Assembly: GCA_964482725.1 (NCBI GenBank)
Contig: CAYZYT010000001.1
Coordinates: forward strand, 4,632-68,631
DNA length: 64,000 bases
Direction of reading: 5' to 3'
Source: an uncultured bacterium
GTDB taxonomy: Bacteria; Omnitrophota; Omnitrophia; Omnitrophales; Aquincolibacteriaceae
Numbering within the stretch: position 1 is the stretch's first letter; each line of letters starts with the position of its first letter. Under the pieces are notes generated by a model that searched no databases, had not been told where the DNA came from, and saw only the letters and a list, made by a program, of their open reading frames with translations. Shown here piece by piece: positions 8,893 through 19,000 of the stretch. The position numbers and the translations under genes are program-made.

Positions 8893-9891
8893 TCAGTTTT
8901 TTGCGAAACAGTACTGCATGACCTTGAGCGGCTCGTACTCCAACGACAATTGTTTCTTGGAAAATCCTGCGTCCAGGAAAACCTTCTGGAAATCGTCCTC
9001 CGTTCGGTAGACAAGTTCCCAGTCCCCGCCCCATTCCATAAAGTGCCGCGAGGCATTGCTCCATTTATCGCGATAGTTCGAGATGATCAGCATGCCGCCC
9101 GGCGTCAGCAGTTCTTTAAGATTATGGATCAGGCGCGTCGATATTTTTTCGTCCAGATAATCAAAGAGCCCCGTCGAAAAGACCAGGTCGTATTTTTCAG
9201 AAATGTAATTTTTAATATTTTTTGCAAGCGCCAGCTTGATCGCATTTTTCTGGAAGAACCGGACTTGCGACTCATAGGGTTTTGAAACGATCTTCTTTTG
9301 CGCGTAATCAATGGAGTGCTGGTCATGATCCAGACAGTCCACGGTCAAATCCTTCCGGACCTCCGGCGTTTCTTCGAACATCTCCACGATGTCCGTGCAA
9401 GGTCCCGACGCCAAGTCGAGGATCTTCAAATTACGCCCTTTAAATCCCGCGGCAAAACTCGCCAGATGCCTTTTAAAATCCTCCTTGCGGTTCCTCGTCG
9501 CGGTGGAAGCGGCCGTTTTTAAAAAGTAGTTATCCATGCACCGTTCCATCCCGACGGTCGAAGGGTGATTCTTGTAAATTTCGTCAATGATCAGAAAATC
9601 CCCCTGATACCCGAAAGGCTTATCGATCACATGACGGTTGTAGCGCCCCAACCGGATAAAATCGCGACATTTCTCAATAAACAAATGCTTCATCTTGTAG
9701 ATCTTCGCCTCGTCGTTCCCGCACGCCTTCTCAAACTCGGCACACCACAAGAACACGCTATCGAGAGTTGCATCCAGATCTTTCTGAAAGGAGCTCCACT
9801 TCTCGGGGGCTTCATCCAAACTTTTCCGCATGTCGTTCAGTTTCGACCTGTATTGATGCGCCACATTCAAAAAATTCATTTTTTCGCCCAT
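8893..9891 (-). CDS. Class I SAM methyltransferase, PhcB-like (3-hydroxy fatty acid methyl ester synthase family)
   Basis: ILDLASGP motif I; YDLVFSTGLFDYL; N-terminal KPFGYQGDF...ATRNR signature recalled for PhcB-like proteins. Confidence 0.75.
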   Translation of the reverse strand: MGEKMNFLNVAHQYRSKLNDMRKSLDEAPEKWSSFQKDLDATLDSVFLWCAEFEKACGNDEAKIYKMKHLFIEKCRDFIRLGRYNRHVIDKPFGYQGDFLIIDEIYKNHPSTVGMERCMDNYFLKTAASTATRNRKEDFKRHLASFAAGFKGRNLKILDLASGPCTDIVEMFEETPEVRKDLTVDCLDHDQHSIDYAQKKIVSKPYESQVRFFQKNAIKLALAKNIKNYISEKYDLVFSTGLFDYLDEKISTRLIHNLKELLTPGGMLIISNYRDKWSNASRHFMEWGGDWELVYRTEDDFQKVFLDAGFSKKQLSLEYEPLKVMQYCFAKN

Positions 9892-10268
9892 TATCTTTTT
9901 AGAGCTTCGTTGATAGCTTTAAGCAGGACATCCATATCAAAGGGTTTCATAATGTAGGCCACCGGATGCAGCGCTCTCGCCTGCATTTCCTTGCTTTCAT
10001 CCGAATAGCCTGTGATAAAAATCTCCGGAGGCATTTTTGTCTTTTTTTTCTCAAAAACTTCTCTAAGTTTCGTTGCCGTCTGAATGCCGTCAAGCCCGGG
10101 CATACGTATATCCGAGATGATCAGGTCAAAAACCTCTTCCTCGGCTATATCGATCGCATCTTGGCCTCGTTTGGCGACAAACACTTCGAAATCATTTTTT
10201 TCCAAAAGCCTGGAAAAGGTTTTTGTGAGCAGTTCTTCATCATCAATGATGAGGATTTTCTTTTTCAT
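9891..10268 (-). CDS. Stand-alone response regulator receiver
   Basis: ILIIDDE, SDIRMPGLDG, FITGY, YIMKPF; TAATG overlap with the methyltransferase. Confidence 0.93.
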   Translation of the reverse strand: MKKKILIIDDEELLTKTFSRLLEKNDFEVFVAKRGQDAIDIAEEEVFDLIISDIRMPGLDGIQTATKLREVFEKKKTKMPPEIFITGYSDESKEMQARALHPVAYIMKPFDMDVLLKAINEALKR

Positions 10269-10449
10269 TTACGAACTCCGATCGATGGTTGGCAACGGCT
10301 TCTGAGAAAAATAATGCTTCACAGACGATTATCGGATAACTCGGGATAATCCTTAGAGGATTAGCCCCTATAAAACAGCCCTCCCTACCCCTTCCGCGAG
10401 CACGAGAGCCTGACGTTTTTCCCTTTTCGCCAGGTACGGCCTGTGGTTC

Positions 10450-12657
10450 TTACCGCGAAAAGTCAGACGGAAAACGGACGGTAAATGCCGCTCCCTCGCC
10501 CGGGGAGGAAACAACGCTCACGGAAGCGTTATGCCGCTTCAGGATCCCGAAGCTTACGGCAAGACCCAGGCCGGTACCAGCCCCCACGTCTTTGGTGGTG
10601 AAGAAAGGATCGAAGATCTTTTTCTGGTGCTCCGGCGATATACCGCTCCCGTTGTCCGTCACGACCAATTCGACGGCATCGGCAACCTGACGGGTTTCCA
10701 CAAGGATCCTGCCCTGTTTCTTGCCGTTACGGACGGCATCGCGTGCGTTCAAGAGAAGGTTTGTGAGTACCTGATCCAGTTCCCCCGCGATTCCTTTGAC
10801 GGGCGACACATCTCCCAGTTTCATCTCCACTTCGATATTTTCCTGTTGGAACTGGAAACCCAGAAGTGCGCAGGTGCCTTTTACCACATCGCGCAGATCG
10901 ACATCCCTATGAGGCGTTTCTTCTACGGTTTTCCGGGCGTATTTCATAAGCTTCTGTACGATCCCCTGGCAGCGCTTCGCGCCCTCCTCGATCAGATCAA
11001 GAGATTCTAGACTGTCCTCGGTAGCCGTCATCTTGAGGATCTGCGCATTGGTCAAGACCGCCGTCAGCGGATTATTGATCTCATGGGCGACGCCGCCGGC
11101 AAGCGTGCCCAAGGTCGCGAGTTTCTCGGCCTGGATCAGCTGTTCCTGCGTTCTGACGAGCTCCCGGGTCCGATCCTCCACTCGTTTCTCCAGCTCCACA
11201 TTCCACCGCTTGAGCTCATCACTCATCTTCCGGACCTGGGTGTAAAGTTCGTTGATATTCTCGTATTGCATAGAGTTCGAGAAAGCGATCGTCACCGGGA
11301 TCTTGAGTTCGGCAAGGAATTGGATTTCGTTCGACCCATAAGGTTTTAGATTCGCTTTCCGGCCGAGACTCACCACCCCGAGGAGCTTCCCACCCAGGAC
11401 GAGCGGTACCGCGACCAGCCCCTGCGTCAGACGGAAGAATTGTTCGATCTCAAAACGGAACGCCTCCACTTCAGGGTCCGCGCCGACAAGATCTCCCATC
11501 ACGACCGTATCCTTCGATTCGAGCCAGGTCAGGAATGGATGGCCCTTGGAAAAGGGCTTGAGATTACGCAAGCCTTTGGCAATGACAGGGACATACTCAC
11601 CATTTTTCTCATCCAACAGAAAGACCGAAAGGCGACGCACATAAAGCTGGCGGCGGAGCATTCGCGCGAAACTCTGCAGCAGGTCCCGGAGATTTTTCAG
11701 ATGCACCAACTCCCTGGAGAATTTTGTCATGACCGCAATCAGGTTCTTCCTCTGGCGCTGGAACAGATGATCGAGCCGGGGCTGGATGGCGCGAAAATAG
11801 AAATAAAAAGTAATGGCGACAGTGAGGTAATAGAACATAGAGCTCCAGGCGGACGATGGGTCCCGAAGGCTCTGGGTCCAGTAGATAAAAGCAGCGAAAG
11901 GGATGATGGCTGCGATCGTCGTCACCATCCACATGAGCGTCTTGTGGATGACAGTCTCGATATCCATGGCCCGATACCGGATGATCGCGTAGGCCACAAC
12001 CAGGATCCAGAAAAAAACCGCGAGAAAACCGAGCGGGAGAACGGAATAGTAAATGAATTTCGGCAGATAATCGAACGCTCCCAAAAAAGCTACAAGGAAG
12101 CCGATCGTGATCAATCCAATCTGGGTGCGGCGCACGCCCTTCGGCTCTTTGAAAAACGCACTAAAAAAATTGTAGAACGCACAGACGAGCACCAGAAAAA
12201 AGAAACCCAAGAAGTAGCGATTCAGGGGGCCGTAGACGGGATAAAAACCCCAGAAGTAACGAGTGACGCCCGGAAAACTGAGCGGGGAGAAAAGCCCGAC
12301 GATATAAAAAGCCGTACCAAAGAAAAGCCCGGTCCGGATCGCAACCTTTTGTCTCTTGAAGAGTCCGAGCCATGTCGCTGAGAAGTAATGTGTGCACGGA
12401 GCGATCAGGGCTACCCCCAAGAATGTCACCGTCCGATAGACCGCTAGCGCGATCTCCGGAGTACTCGCCGCATAAGTTCCGGCGATCCCGAGGAACCACA
12501 AGAAACCGCAGACACCGATCAGGAAAAACGAGAAATTAACACGCGAGCGCTTGTTCTGCAGGAGGATGAATATCCCGATCAAGAGCATCAGGATCCCGAC
12601 CGCCAGGACAGGAATCGCGTACCAGTTGAAATGAAAAGCGCGGATCAAAGTCGCCAT
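10450..12657 (-). CDS. Sensor histidine kinase: HisKA_7TM-like, GAF, HisKA, HATPase
   Basis: Multi-TM N-terminus; GAF; AHEINNPL, NLLLNARDA, DNGSG, FDPFFTTK, GTGLGL. Start placed at ATG 12657 because the upstream extension is repeat sequence. Confidence 0.92.
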   Translation of the reverse strand: MATLIRAFHFNWYAIPVLAVGILMLLIGIFILLQNKRSRVNFSFFLIGVCGFLWFLGIAGTYAASTPEIALAVYRTVTFLGVALIAPCTHYFSATWLGLFKRQKVAIRTGLFFGTAFYIVGLFSPLSFPGVTRYFWGFYPVYGPLNRYFLGFFFLVLVCAFYNFFSAFFKEPKGVRRTQIGLITIGFLVAFLGAFDYLPKFIYYSVLPLGFLAVFFWILVVAYAIIRYRAMDIETVIHKTLMWMVTTIAAIIPFAAFIYWTQSLRDPSSAWSSMFYYLTVAITFYFYFRAIQPRLDHLFQRQRKNLIAVMTKFSRELVHLKNLRDLLQSFARMLRRQLYVRRLSVFLLDEKNGEYVPVIAKGLRNLKPFSKGHPFLTWLESKDTVVMGDLVGADPEVEAFRFEIEQFFRLTQGLVAVPLVLGGKLLGVVSLGRKANLKPYGSNEIQFLAELKIPVTIAFSNSMQYENINELYTQVRKMSDELKRWNVELEKRVEDRTRELVRTQEQLIQAEKLATLGTLAGGVAHEINNPLTAVLTNAQILKMTATEDSLESLDLIEEGAKRCQGIVQKLMKYARKTVEETPHRDVDLRDVVKGTCALLGFQFQQENIEVEMKLGDVSPVKGIAGELDQVLTNLLLNARDAVRNGKKQGRILVETRQVADAVELVVTDNGSGISPEHQKKIFDPFFTTKDVGAGTGLGLAVSFGILKRHNASVSVVSSPGEGAAFTVRFPSDFSR

Positions 12658-12674
12658 AAGAACCCGCAAAGATC

Positions 12675-12780
12675 GGGGACCGGAGACCGGAGACCCGAGA
12701 CCAAAGACTGCAAACAAAAAACTAAAATCCTTAGACTTGTGGCTGCTATCTGTGGTCGGGGGTCTGTCGTCTGTCGTCTC
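12675..12780. repeat. Heptamer-period inverted-arm element, GAC/GTC type
   Basis: GGGGACC GGAGACC GGAGACC CGAGACC AAAGACT ... TGGTCGG GGGTCTG TCGTCTG TCGTCTC. Confidence 0.85.
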
Positions 12781-14365
12781 ATGTGTTGACCTTTAGAGCC
12801 TTGACTTCCTCATCCGTTACAAGACGATGCCCCCAAAAAAAAGGCGCGAGGTCGAAGCCGTGCTTACGGGCCAGTCCCAGGATCTCCGTCATTTTGGGCT
12901 GCGTGATATTCCCTTTCCCCCAGGAGAAATTCTCGTACCGCTCTTCGAGAGCCAGCACGATCGCTTCTGAAAAACAGCCGTAAAGAACATTCGAGGACGG
13001 GAGACCGATATCAAAACCTGCATTGAATTCTTGAGGTAAGGAGCAAATACCTCCCGAAAAGATCAGGATGTCTTGGCGGTCACAGTCCCGGTAAGAGATA
13101 TTCTTCGGGTATCCGATGTCGCAGACGATGGCGCCCGGCTTAAAATTCGCGATATCAAGGATCGAATGCGAAACACTCGCCGCGGCGATCACGATATCCG
13201 CGTCTCGAACCGCTTCGTTATTGTCATGCATCCCGTGGAATTTCGCCTTTCCGAACATCGTGATGACCTTGCTCATATGCTCCAGGCTCTCACCGCTCCG
13301 GCTCGTAATGACGAGATCGCTTACCTTATCCGCCAGCGCTCGTGCGCAGGCGCTGCCGATATCCCCCGCCCCTCCAATCACCGTGACTTTGGCCGTTGAG
13401 AGGTCCAGCCCCCGGAGTCGCGCGGCTTTTAGAACCCCTTCCACCGCCAATGCCGCGGTTAAGGTGTTCCCCGTCGTGACCGGTATATTGATAAGCTTTT
13501 TGAATTCTTCTCCGTATTTTTCTCCGGCGATCGAGGTAAAACCTCCGAGCGCCACGATCCCGAGGCCAAGCTTTTCCGCCACTTTGCAGGACTCCACAAC
13601 CTTCATCACTCCTTTTTGCATATCCTTGTCAAGAAGGTCTGGAATGATATTGCACGCGATGAACGCCCCGCGGGTCGTCTTGCCGCTGGAGCCCCGGAAC
13701 TCCTTCACGTCATAGGAAACATAGGAAGGGACAAGATCAAAGATCTTGGCCAGAAATTCCTCGGAAGGGACTTTCATGTCGGGTTTGAAGGATTGAAAGT
13801 ATTTAATCAGATGATTCAGATTATAGGGATGGCCGATCACCCCGAAGCCCCGGACATCGCTGATCCGCCGATCGCCGATCTTATGATAACGACGCTCGGT
13901 CAGGATCCCTTCGAAAGCTTGAAGCATGGAATCGAAGTTCCTTTTGACGCGCTCGGCAAGAGCTCCCCCGATGATCGTCTCAAGCACCGGGATCCCCAGA
14001 CTCACTCTCGCATCGACCCGAACCTCCGTCCCGCCCGCGGGATGCTCCGTCAGATGCCACTCGCCTTCGAATGTTTCAAGATCTCCATCTATGGCCTTGA
14101 AGCGGATAATAAAGTGATGAAAATCAAAGGTCTCTTCTTCTTTCCAGGAGATCGGGATACGTCCCATTTCGACTTTCCACGCAGTCACGACCTTGGTACG
14201 ACTGTGGCTCAGGACACGGCACTCCGTAACGTTTGGCATGATCCGAGGGAAGTCCTGAACACGCGTAAGGAGGCGCAGCACTTGCCAGCGCTTGGCGGGC
14301 AATATACGGCTCGCGGTCACGGCATAAACGCCGTCCTTTTTTTCCATTGGGGATGCCCCCTCCAT
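12779..14365 (-). CDS. SRPBCC/polyketide-cyclase domain fused to a long-chain acyl-ACP reductase (AAR-like)
   Basis: Residues ~1-155 are START/cyclase-like (FPRIMPNV, GDLETFEGEW). The C-terminal part has FGVIGH, ALGGFTSI, TTGNT, GGAGDIGSA, DIGYPKN, YGCFSEA (catalytic Cys) and NFSWG, as in cyanobacterial AAR. Confidence 0.85.
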   Translation of the reverse strand: MEGASPMEKKDGVYAVTASRILPAKRWQVLRLLTRVQDFPRIMPNVTECRVLSHSRTKVVTAWKVEMGRIPISWKEEETFDFHHFIIRFKAIDGDLETFEGEWHLTEHPAGGTEVRVDARVSLGIPVLETIIGGALAERVKRNFDSMLQAFEGILTERRYHKIGDRRISDVRGFGVIGHPYNLNHLIKYFQSFKPDMKVPSEEFLAKIFDLVPSYVSYDVKEFRGSSGKTTRGAFIACNIIPDLLDKDMQKGVMKVVESCKVAEKLGLGIVALGGFTSIAGEKYGEEFKKLINIPVTTGNTLTAALAVEGVLKAARLRGLDLSTAKVTVIGGAGDIGSACARALADKVSDLVITSRSGESLEHMSKVITMFGKAKFHGMHDNNEAVRDADIVIAAASVSHSILDIANFKPGAIVCDIGYPKNISYRDCDRQDILIFSGGICSLPQEFNAGFDIGLPSSNVLYGCFSEAIVLALEERYENFSWGKGNITQPKMTEILGLARKHGFDLAPFFWGHRLVTDEEVKALKVNT

Positions 14366-14535
14366 GATGTCCTAAGGCAATTCTAGCGTCAGGACGCTCT
14401 TACATTATCGGCCGGAGTTGGGGTCTTTTAACCCTGGATTGCAACATCTCATTGGAAGAGGGTTGCAGGGGGGGGGCCTTGTAAAACTCGAGTTTGTAAG
14501 GAGATGAGCGGAGTCGAGGTCCTACCTTCGTAGAC

Positions 14536-14571
14536 AAAAAAACGGCCCCGCTTTTTCAAGCGGAGCCGTTT
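14536..14571 (-). terminator. Rho-independent terminator
   Basis: Minus strand AAACGGCTCCGCTT-GAAA-AAGCGGGGCCGTTTTTTT, after the 14599-15207 gene. Confidence 0.85.
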
Positions 14572-14598
14572 GAAACCATTTCTCCAAAAACGCCTCGT

Positions 14599-15207
14599 TT
14601 ATTGCTTCGAGAGCGTGATCTGGTCGAGCAAAATACTGCCGGTCTTCGGACTGGAGTTGATATCGTCGAAGACGAAAACGAGCTCGTTCAAAGAGTTCCA
14701 GTTCTCAATACGCCGGAACTTTTCGAATGGGATCGAGATCTTCTGCCACTGGTCCGTGACGCCGCTCACGATATAAGCGGAAGGCTTGTTCGTCATGTCC
14801 TTAAGCTCGATCTTGAAGCGCTTGGTGTAACCGACCTTGGCATCACCCTTGACGTAGAAATTCAGGGTGTTGTAAGCCGTCGCATCCTCGCCATTCAGCT
14901 TCATCCAGAAACCATTGTAAGCCGGATTCGGAGAATCCACATCGTAATCGAGGCGGATCGCATAGCCGGAAGCATCCCCTTGGCTATCATCCGTATCGAA
15001 AGACATCTGGGTTCCCTGGGACTCATCGTTCGGATCCTTGTCCCATCCACCGAAATCACCGCCGATATTATTCGGCTTGTCCCCGGTGTCAAAATCCGCG
15101 ATCACAAGCTCGTTCGATGCGGGAGCGGCCGCATAAGCGGAAACTCCAAAACCGACAACCATCAACGCAACGAGCGCTAACGTTAAACTGATGTTAAACT
15201 TCTTCAT
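14599..15207 (-). CDS. Secreted carbohydrate-binding-domain protein (CIA30/CBM11-like)
   Basis: Signal peptide ending AYA-A; IADFD, RLDYDV, GFWMKL, WQKISIPF, GSILLDQI. Confidence 0.75.
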   Translation of the reverse strand: MKKFNISLTLALVALMVVGFGVSAYAAAPASNELVIADFDTGDKPNNIGGDFGGWDKDPNDESQGTQMSFDTDDSQGDASGYAIRLDYDVDSPNPAYNGFWMKLNGEDATAYNTLNFYVKGDAKVGYTKRFKIELKDMTNKPSAYIVSGVTDQWQKISIPFEKFRRIENWNSLNELVFVFDDINSSPKTGSILLDQITLSKQ

Positions 15208-15259
15208 TTTCGTGTTACTCCTTTCGTGAAATGATACTGTTTGGCGAGGGTCAGAATGA

Positions 15260-15288
15260 AGTATACCCTTTTAAAAAGATAAAGACAA
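15260..15288 (-). promoter_or_regulatory. Sigma70 promoter for the CBM gene
   Basis: TTGTCT-17 nt-TATACT. Confidence 0.6.
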
Positions 15289-15432
15289 GGGGTGCGGCAA
15301 AAAAAGTTACCTGTTCCTGAATTCTTCCAAAATGACGGCTCAATCCTCATTCGCCTGGATGGATCTTATCGAAAGCCATCACCCACGGACGCTGCAACTC
15401 ATTACTCTAAAAAGGCTTACAGAAACTCCGGG

Positions 15433-16032
15433 TCAAATCTTGGAGAAAGAATCGAGAACCATTTTCATCTCATCGGCCTTCCGGCGAACATCTTCCGAGG
15501 GAGCACTCTTCTGAAAATCACTAACCTTCATCTTGAGCTCGGAAATTTTGTCCTGCTCCACGCGCAGGCGTCTCAGGATGATATTAATATCATGGGCCAT
15601 ATCATGGAAGAAGTCCCCTTCGCGAAGCTTGATGTCTGCGGGCATTTCCCCGCGATTCACTTTAAGCAAGGTCTGGCGGAAACGGTAAACCGGGCCGGCC
15701 ACACGATGCAAAAAGACCACGCCATAAGCACCGATAATGATCAGCGTGAGGATCAAGACCAACGTCACGCGAATGATAATCGAATAGCTTACATCGTAAA
15801 GGATCTCCGATGGATTGATCTTCCCGAAAGTAAACGCACCCCCGAAGGCCGCATCGCGAATGGTCTGATGGATGACCCAAGCGACCGCCGCCGAGGCGAC
15901 CATAAAAAGAGCGATCAGCATAAACGAGAATTCCCGCTGCATCGGACGGTGAATGATGAGATTCTTCACCTGCCGTTTGTAGGGGCGATGGGGCACGGCG
16001 ACCTGGGCTTGCACGTTCACTTTTGTTTCCAT
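15433..16032 (-). CDS. 2-TM protein with HAMP-like region and coiled coil
   Basis: Two TMs; HRVAGPVYRF...IKLREGDFFHDMAHDIN. Confidence 0.75.
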   Translation of the reverse strand: METKVNVQAQVAVPHRPYKRQVKNLIIHRPMQREFSFMLIALFMVASAAVAWVIHQTIRDAAFGGAFTFGKINPSEILYDVSYSIIIRVTLVLILTLIIIGAYGVVFLHRVAGPVYRFRQTLLKVNRGEMPADIKLREGDFFHDMAHDINIILRRLRVEQDKISELKMKVSDFQKSAPSEDVRRKADEMKMVLDSFSKI

Positions 16033-16086
16033 GTGGATCTCCTTTGTCCGCCCCTCAAGGAACGGAAGTAATGTTCTTTGTTAAAA

Positions 16087-19000
16087 TTAATGACTCTGGA
16101 CCGCTTTATGCACTGATAAAACCCGCACCTTTTCAGATGCGCCCGAAAAAAAAGCCCTAAAAATTTCCCGGATATCGTCGGTGATCATCACAAGCGCCGG
16201 AAGAACAAAAAGGATCAGAATGGTCGAACTGATCAACCCCCCGATGATAGTCACCGCCAGAGGTGACCAGAGATCGCTCGCCTGTCCAAAGCTCATGGCC
16301 ATAGGCAGAAATCCTAGGATGGCCGCGATCGCGGTCATAAGAATGGGCCTCAGCCGGTCGACGCCCGCTTGAATAAATCTCTCTTTTTTGCTTTGATCCT
16401 CAGGTAAATGGAGGGCATGATCCACCAGGAGGATCGCCGCATTCACCGAATAGCCCGCCAACATGATCATCCCGATAAAAACTTGCGTGCTGAGAGGTTT
16501 ACGCGTGATCGCAAGGGCGATCCATATCCCGATAAAATTGAGCAAGATCTTGATCATGATCAGGAACGGATAGAGATAATTCTCGAATAAACAGGCCATG
16601 ACCATATAGACCAGAAAAACCGTGATCAGAAGAGCCACCGCAAGCTGTCCTTTGCTTTCCAGAAGTTCCTCGAACCCGCCGCCGAAACGCCAATAGTAGT
16701 CATCCGGAAGCTTCACATCCTGCAAGACTTTTTTGACATCGGCCGCGATCTTTTCGATCGGTCGCTTCACATCCCCTTTGACGAAAACATAACGATGTTT
16801 GTCTCTGCGATCAATGCTCTGGGGACCGGTCGAAGGGTAGAAGTTCGCGATCTCGCTCAAAAGGACTTGCCTCGATTCCCGGGTCTGGATATAGACCTGC
16901 CCCAGGTCATCGAGCTTTTGCCGGTAAATAGCCTGAAGCCGCGTGATGGTTTCGATCTCTTCGCCTTTGGAAAGTTCGTGAAATTTCGTAGGCCTCATGC
17001 CGCGAACCTGAGCATGCATACTGTCTGCCACCGTCTTGACGCTCAGCCCATACATCGCGGACTTGCCTTTATCCACGACGAGCGAATACTCCGGCCGCTT
17101 GCGAAGGTCTGTCATGACCAGATTCGCCAAACCGTCCACCTTCGACATCTTGTTGGCAAATTCCTTGGCGAGTTTTTCAAGCTCATCCCCATCCTGGCCA
17201 TAGATATTCACGATGAGTTTTTTCTGCTCAGAGGAACCGGCCCCCTCATCCACGATCAGGCTGTAATCGCTATGGATTTCTTTGACCGCCGCGTTCCCCT
17301 GTTCATCGATGAGCTTCATGATCTCGTCTTTGGAGAACTGGCGTTTGCGAGCGGGCTTTAACCGGACAAAAAGCCGGAGGTCGTCCTTCGAAACCGTCGT
17401 AGAAAAGAGCGTGATATCCGGGATCTTCGAGAGGATCCCTTCGAGCTTTTTCATGGCTTGATCGTTGGACTCCAGGCGCGCGCCGGCCAACGGGAACGTG
17501 ACAACCGCGAATTCGTTCTCTTCAAAAGACGATGGCCAATCGATCGGTGTGCGGGCCAACATATAGATGGCCAGAAAACAGAGGCCAAAAACCACGGGCA
17601 CGACCCTCCATCGCCAGGTAATACACCAGCGAATGGCATTCACATATTTTTCCCGCGCCTTATCGATAAAAGAGCTTGAGGTGTCTTTGTGGTGCGCATT
17701 CAGGGCTGCGATCCCGAACTGGCGAATGAGCATCGGGATCAACATGAGCGCCGAAAAAAAAGATGCAATGAGAGAAATGCTGATCGTGAAAGCAAATCCT
17801 CCATAGGTGAGCTGAACGGTCTTATCGATAAAAATGATCGGCATGAACACCACGAGCATCGTGAGGAGCGACGTCAAAAGCGGAAGCCAAACTTCTTCGC
17901 TCCCTTCCCGAATGGCCTGAGCGTCCCCGAAACCGCGCTCTTTTTTAGAGAAAATGTTTTCCATGATCACGACCGCGGTGTCGATCAGGATACCGATCGC
18001 AAGCGACAACCCGCTCAAGGTCATGACATTGATACTGATCCCAAGCGCCGCCATAAAAATGAACGTCGCGATCAAAGAACATGGGATCACGACCAGAATG
18101 ATCGCCGCCAGCACCCAATTGCGTATAAAAACATAGATAACGCCCATGGTCAGCACCAGCCCCAAATAGAGCGCTCCCTTCACGTCATCGATAGCACGCG
18201 CGATCGTTTCGGCCCGATCATTCACGAGCACGACCTTCACATTCTCTTTATGCTCCCGCTCAAACGAATCCAGAACCTGATTAAGATCCTTCGCAACATC
18301 CAAGGTATTGGACATACTGGATTTTTTTACATAGACCGTGACATTCTGCTCCAGGTTCAAACGCGCCTGATCCGTAGCCTCGAGATAAGAGTCCTTGATC
18401 GTCCCGATCTCCTTCAGAGGAATGATGGATCCCTGACGAGTGGCCTTCACGCCAATGTCCCCCACCTCGTCCACCGTGAGAAAAGAACCCATGCTCCGGA
18501 CCGCGTACTCGAACTTTCCGGTCTCAACGTTCCCGGCCAAAAGATTGATGTTGCTCTGGCCCAGGACGTCCATCACCCGTTCGATCGAGATGTTATAAGC
18601 CACCATCTTGTCGCGGTCGAGCTCCACCAGGATCTTCCGTTCACGCCCGCCATAGACTTCCACGCTCGCCACCCCATCCACACGGCTGATGACCGGTTTA
18701 AGCTTGATATCCACCATCTCACGGATCTCTTCCGGGGACATGTTCTGAGAAGTCACCGCGAACACCATAATGGCGGCCTGAGCATCATCGTAATTGGCGA
18801 TGACGGGCTTTTCAATTTCCTTGGGGAGCAGGGGCTTGACGCGCGCAAATTTTTCACGGACTTCGAGCGCGGCAAACTTCATATCCGTACCGGGATCAAA
18901 CTCCATGGTCACGCGGGACTCCGCTTCACGCGAACTCGAGTAGAGACCTTTCATATGACTCACGGTACCGATGGCTTCTTCGATGGGTTTGGTGATCATC

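Noticed and set aside
8892-9056. N-terminal extension of the kinase in the ORF track
   Set aside because: Overlaps the methyltransferase 3' end; ATG 8891 right after its stop is more plausible.
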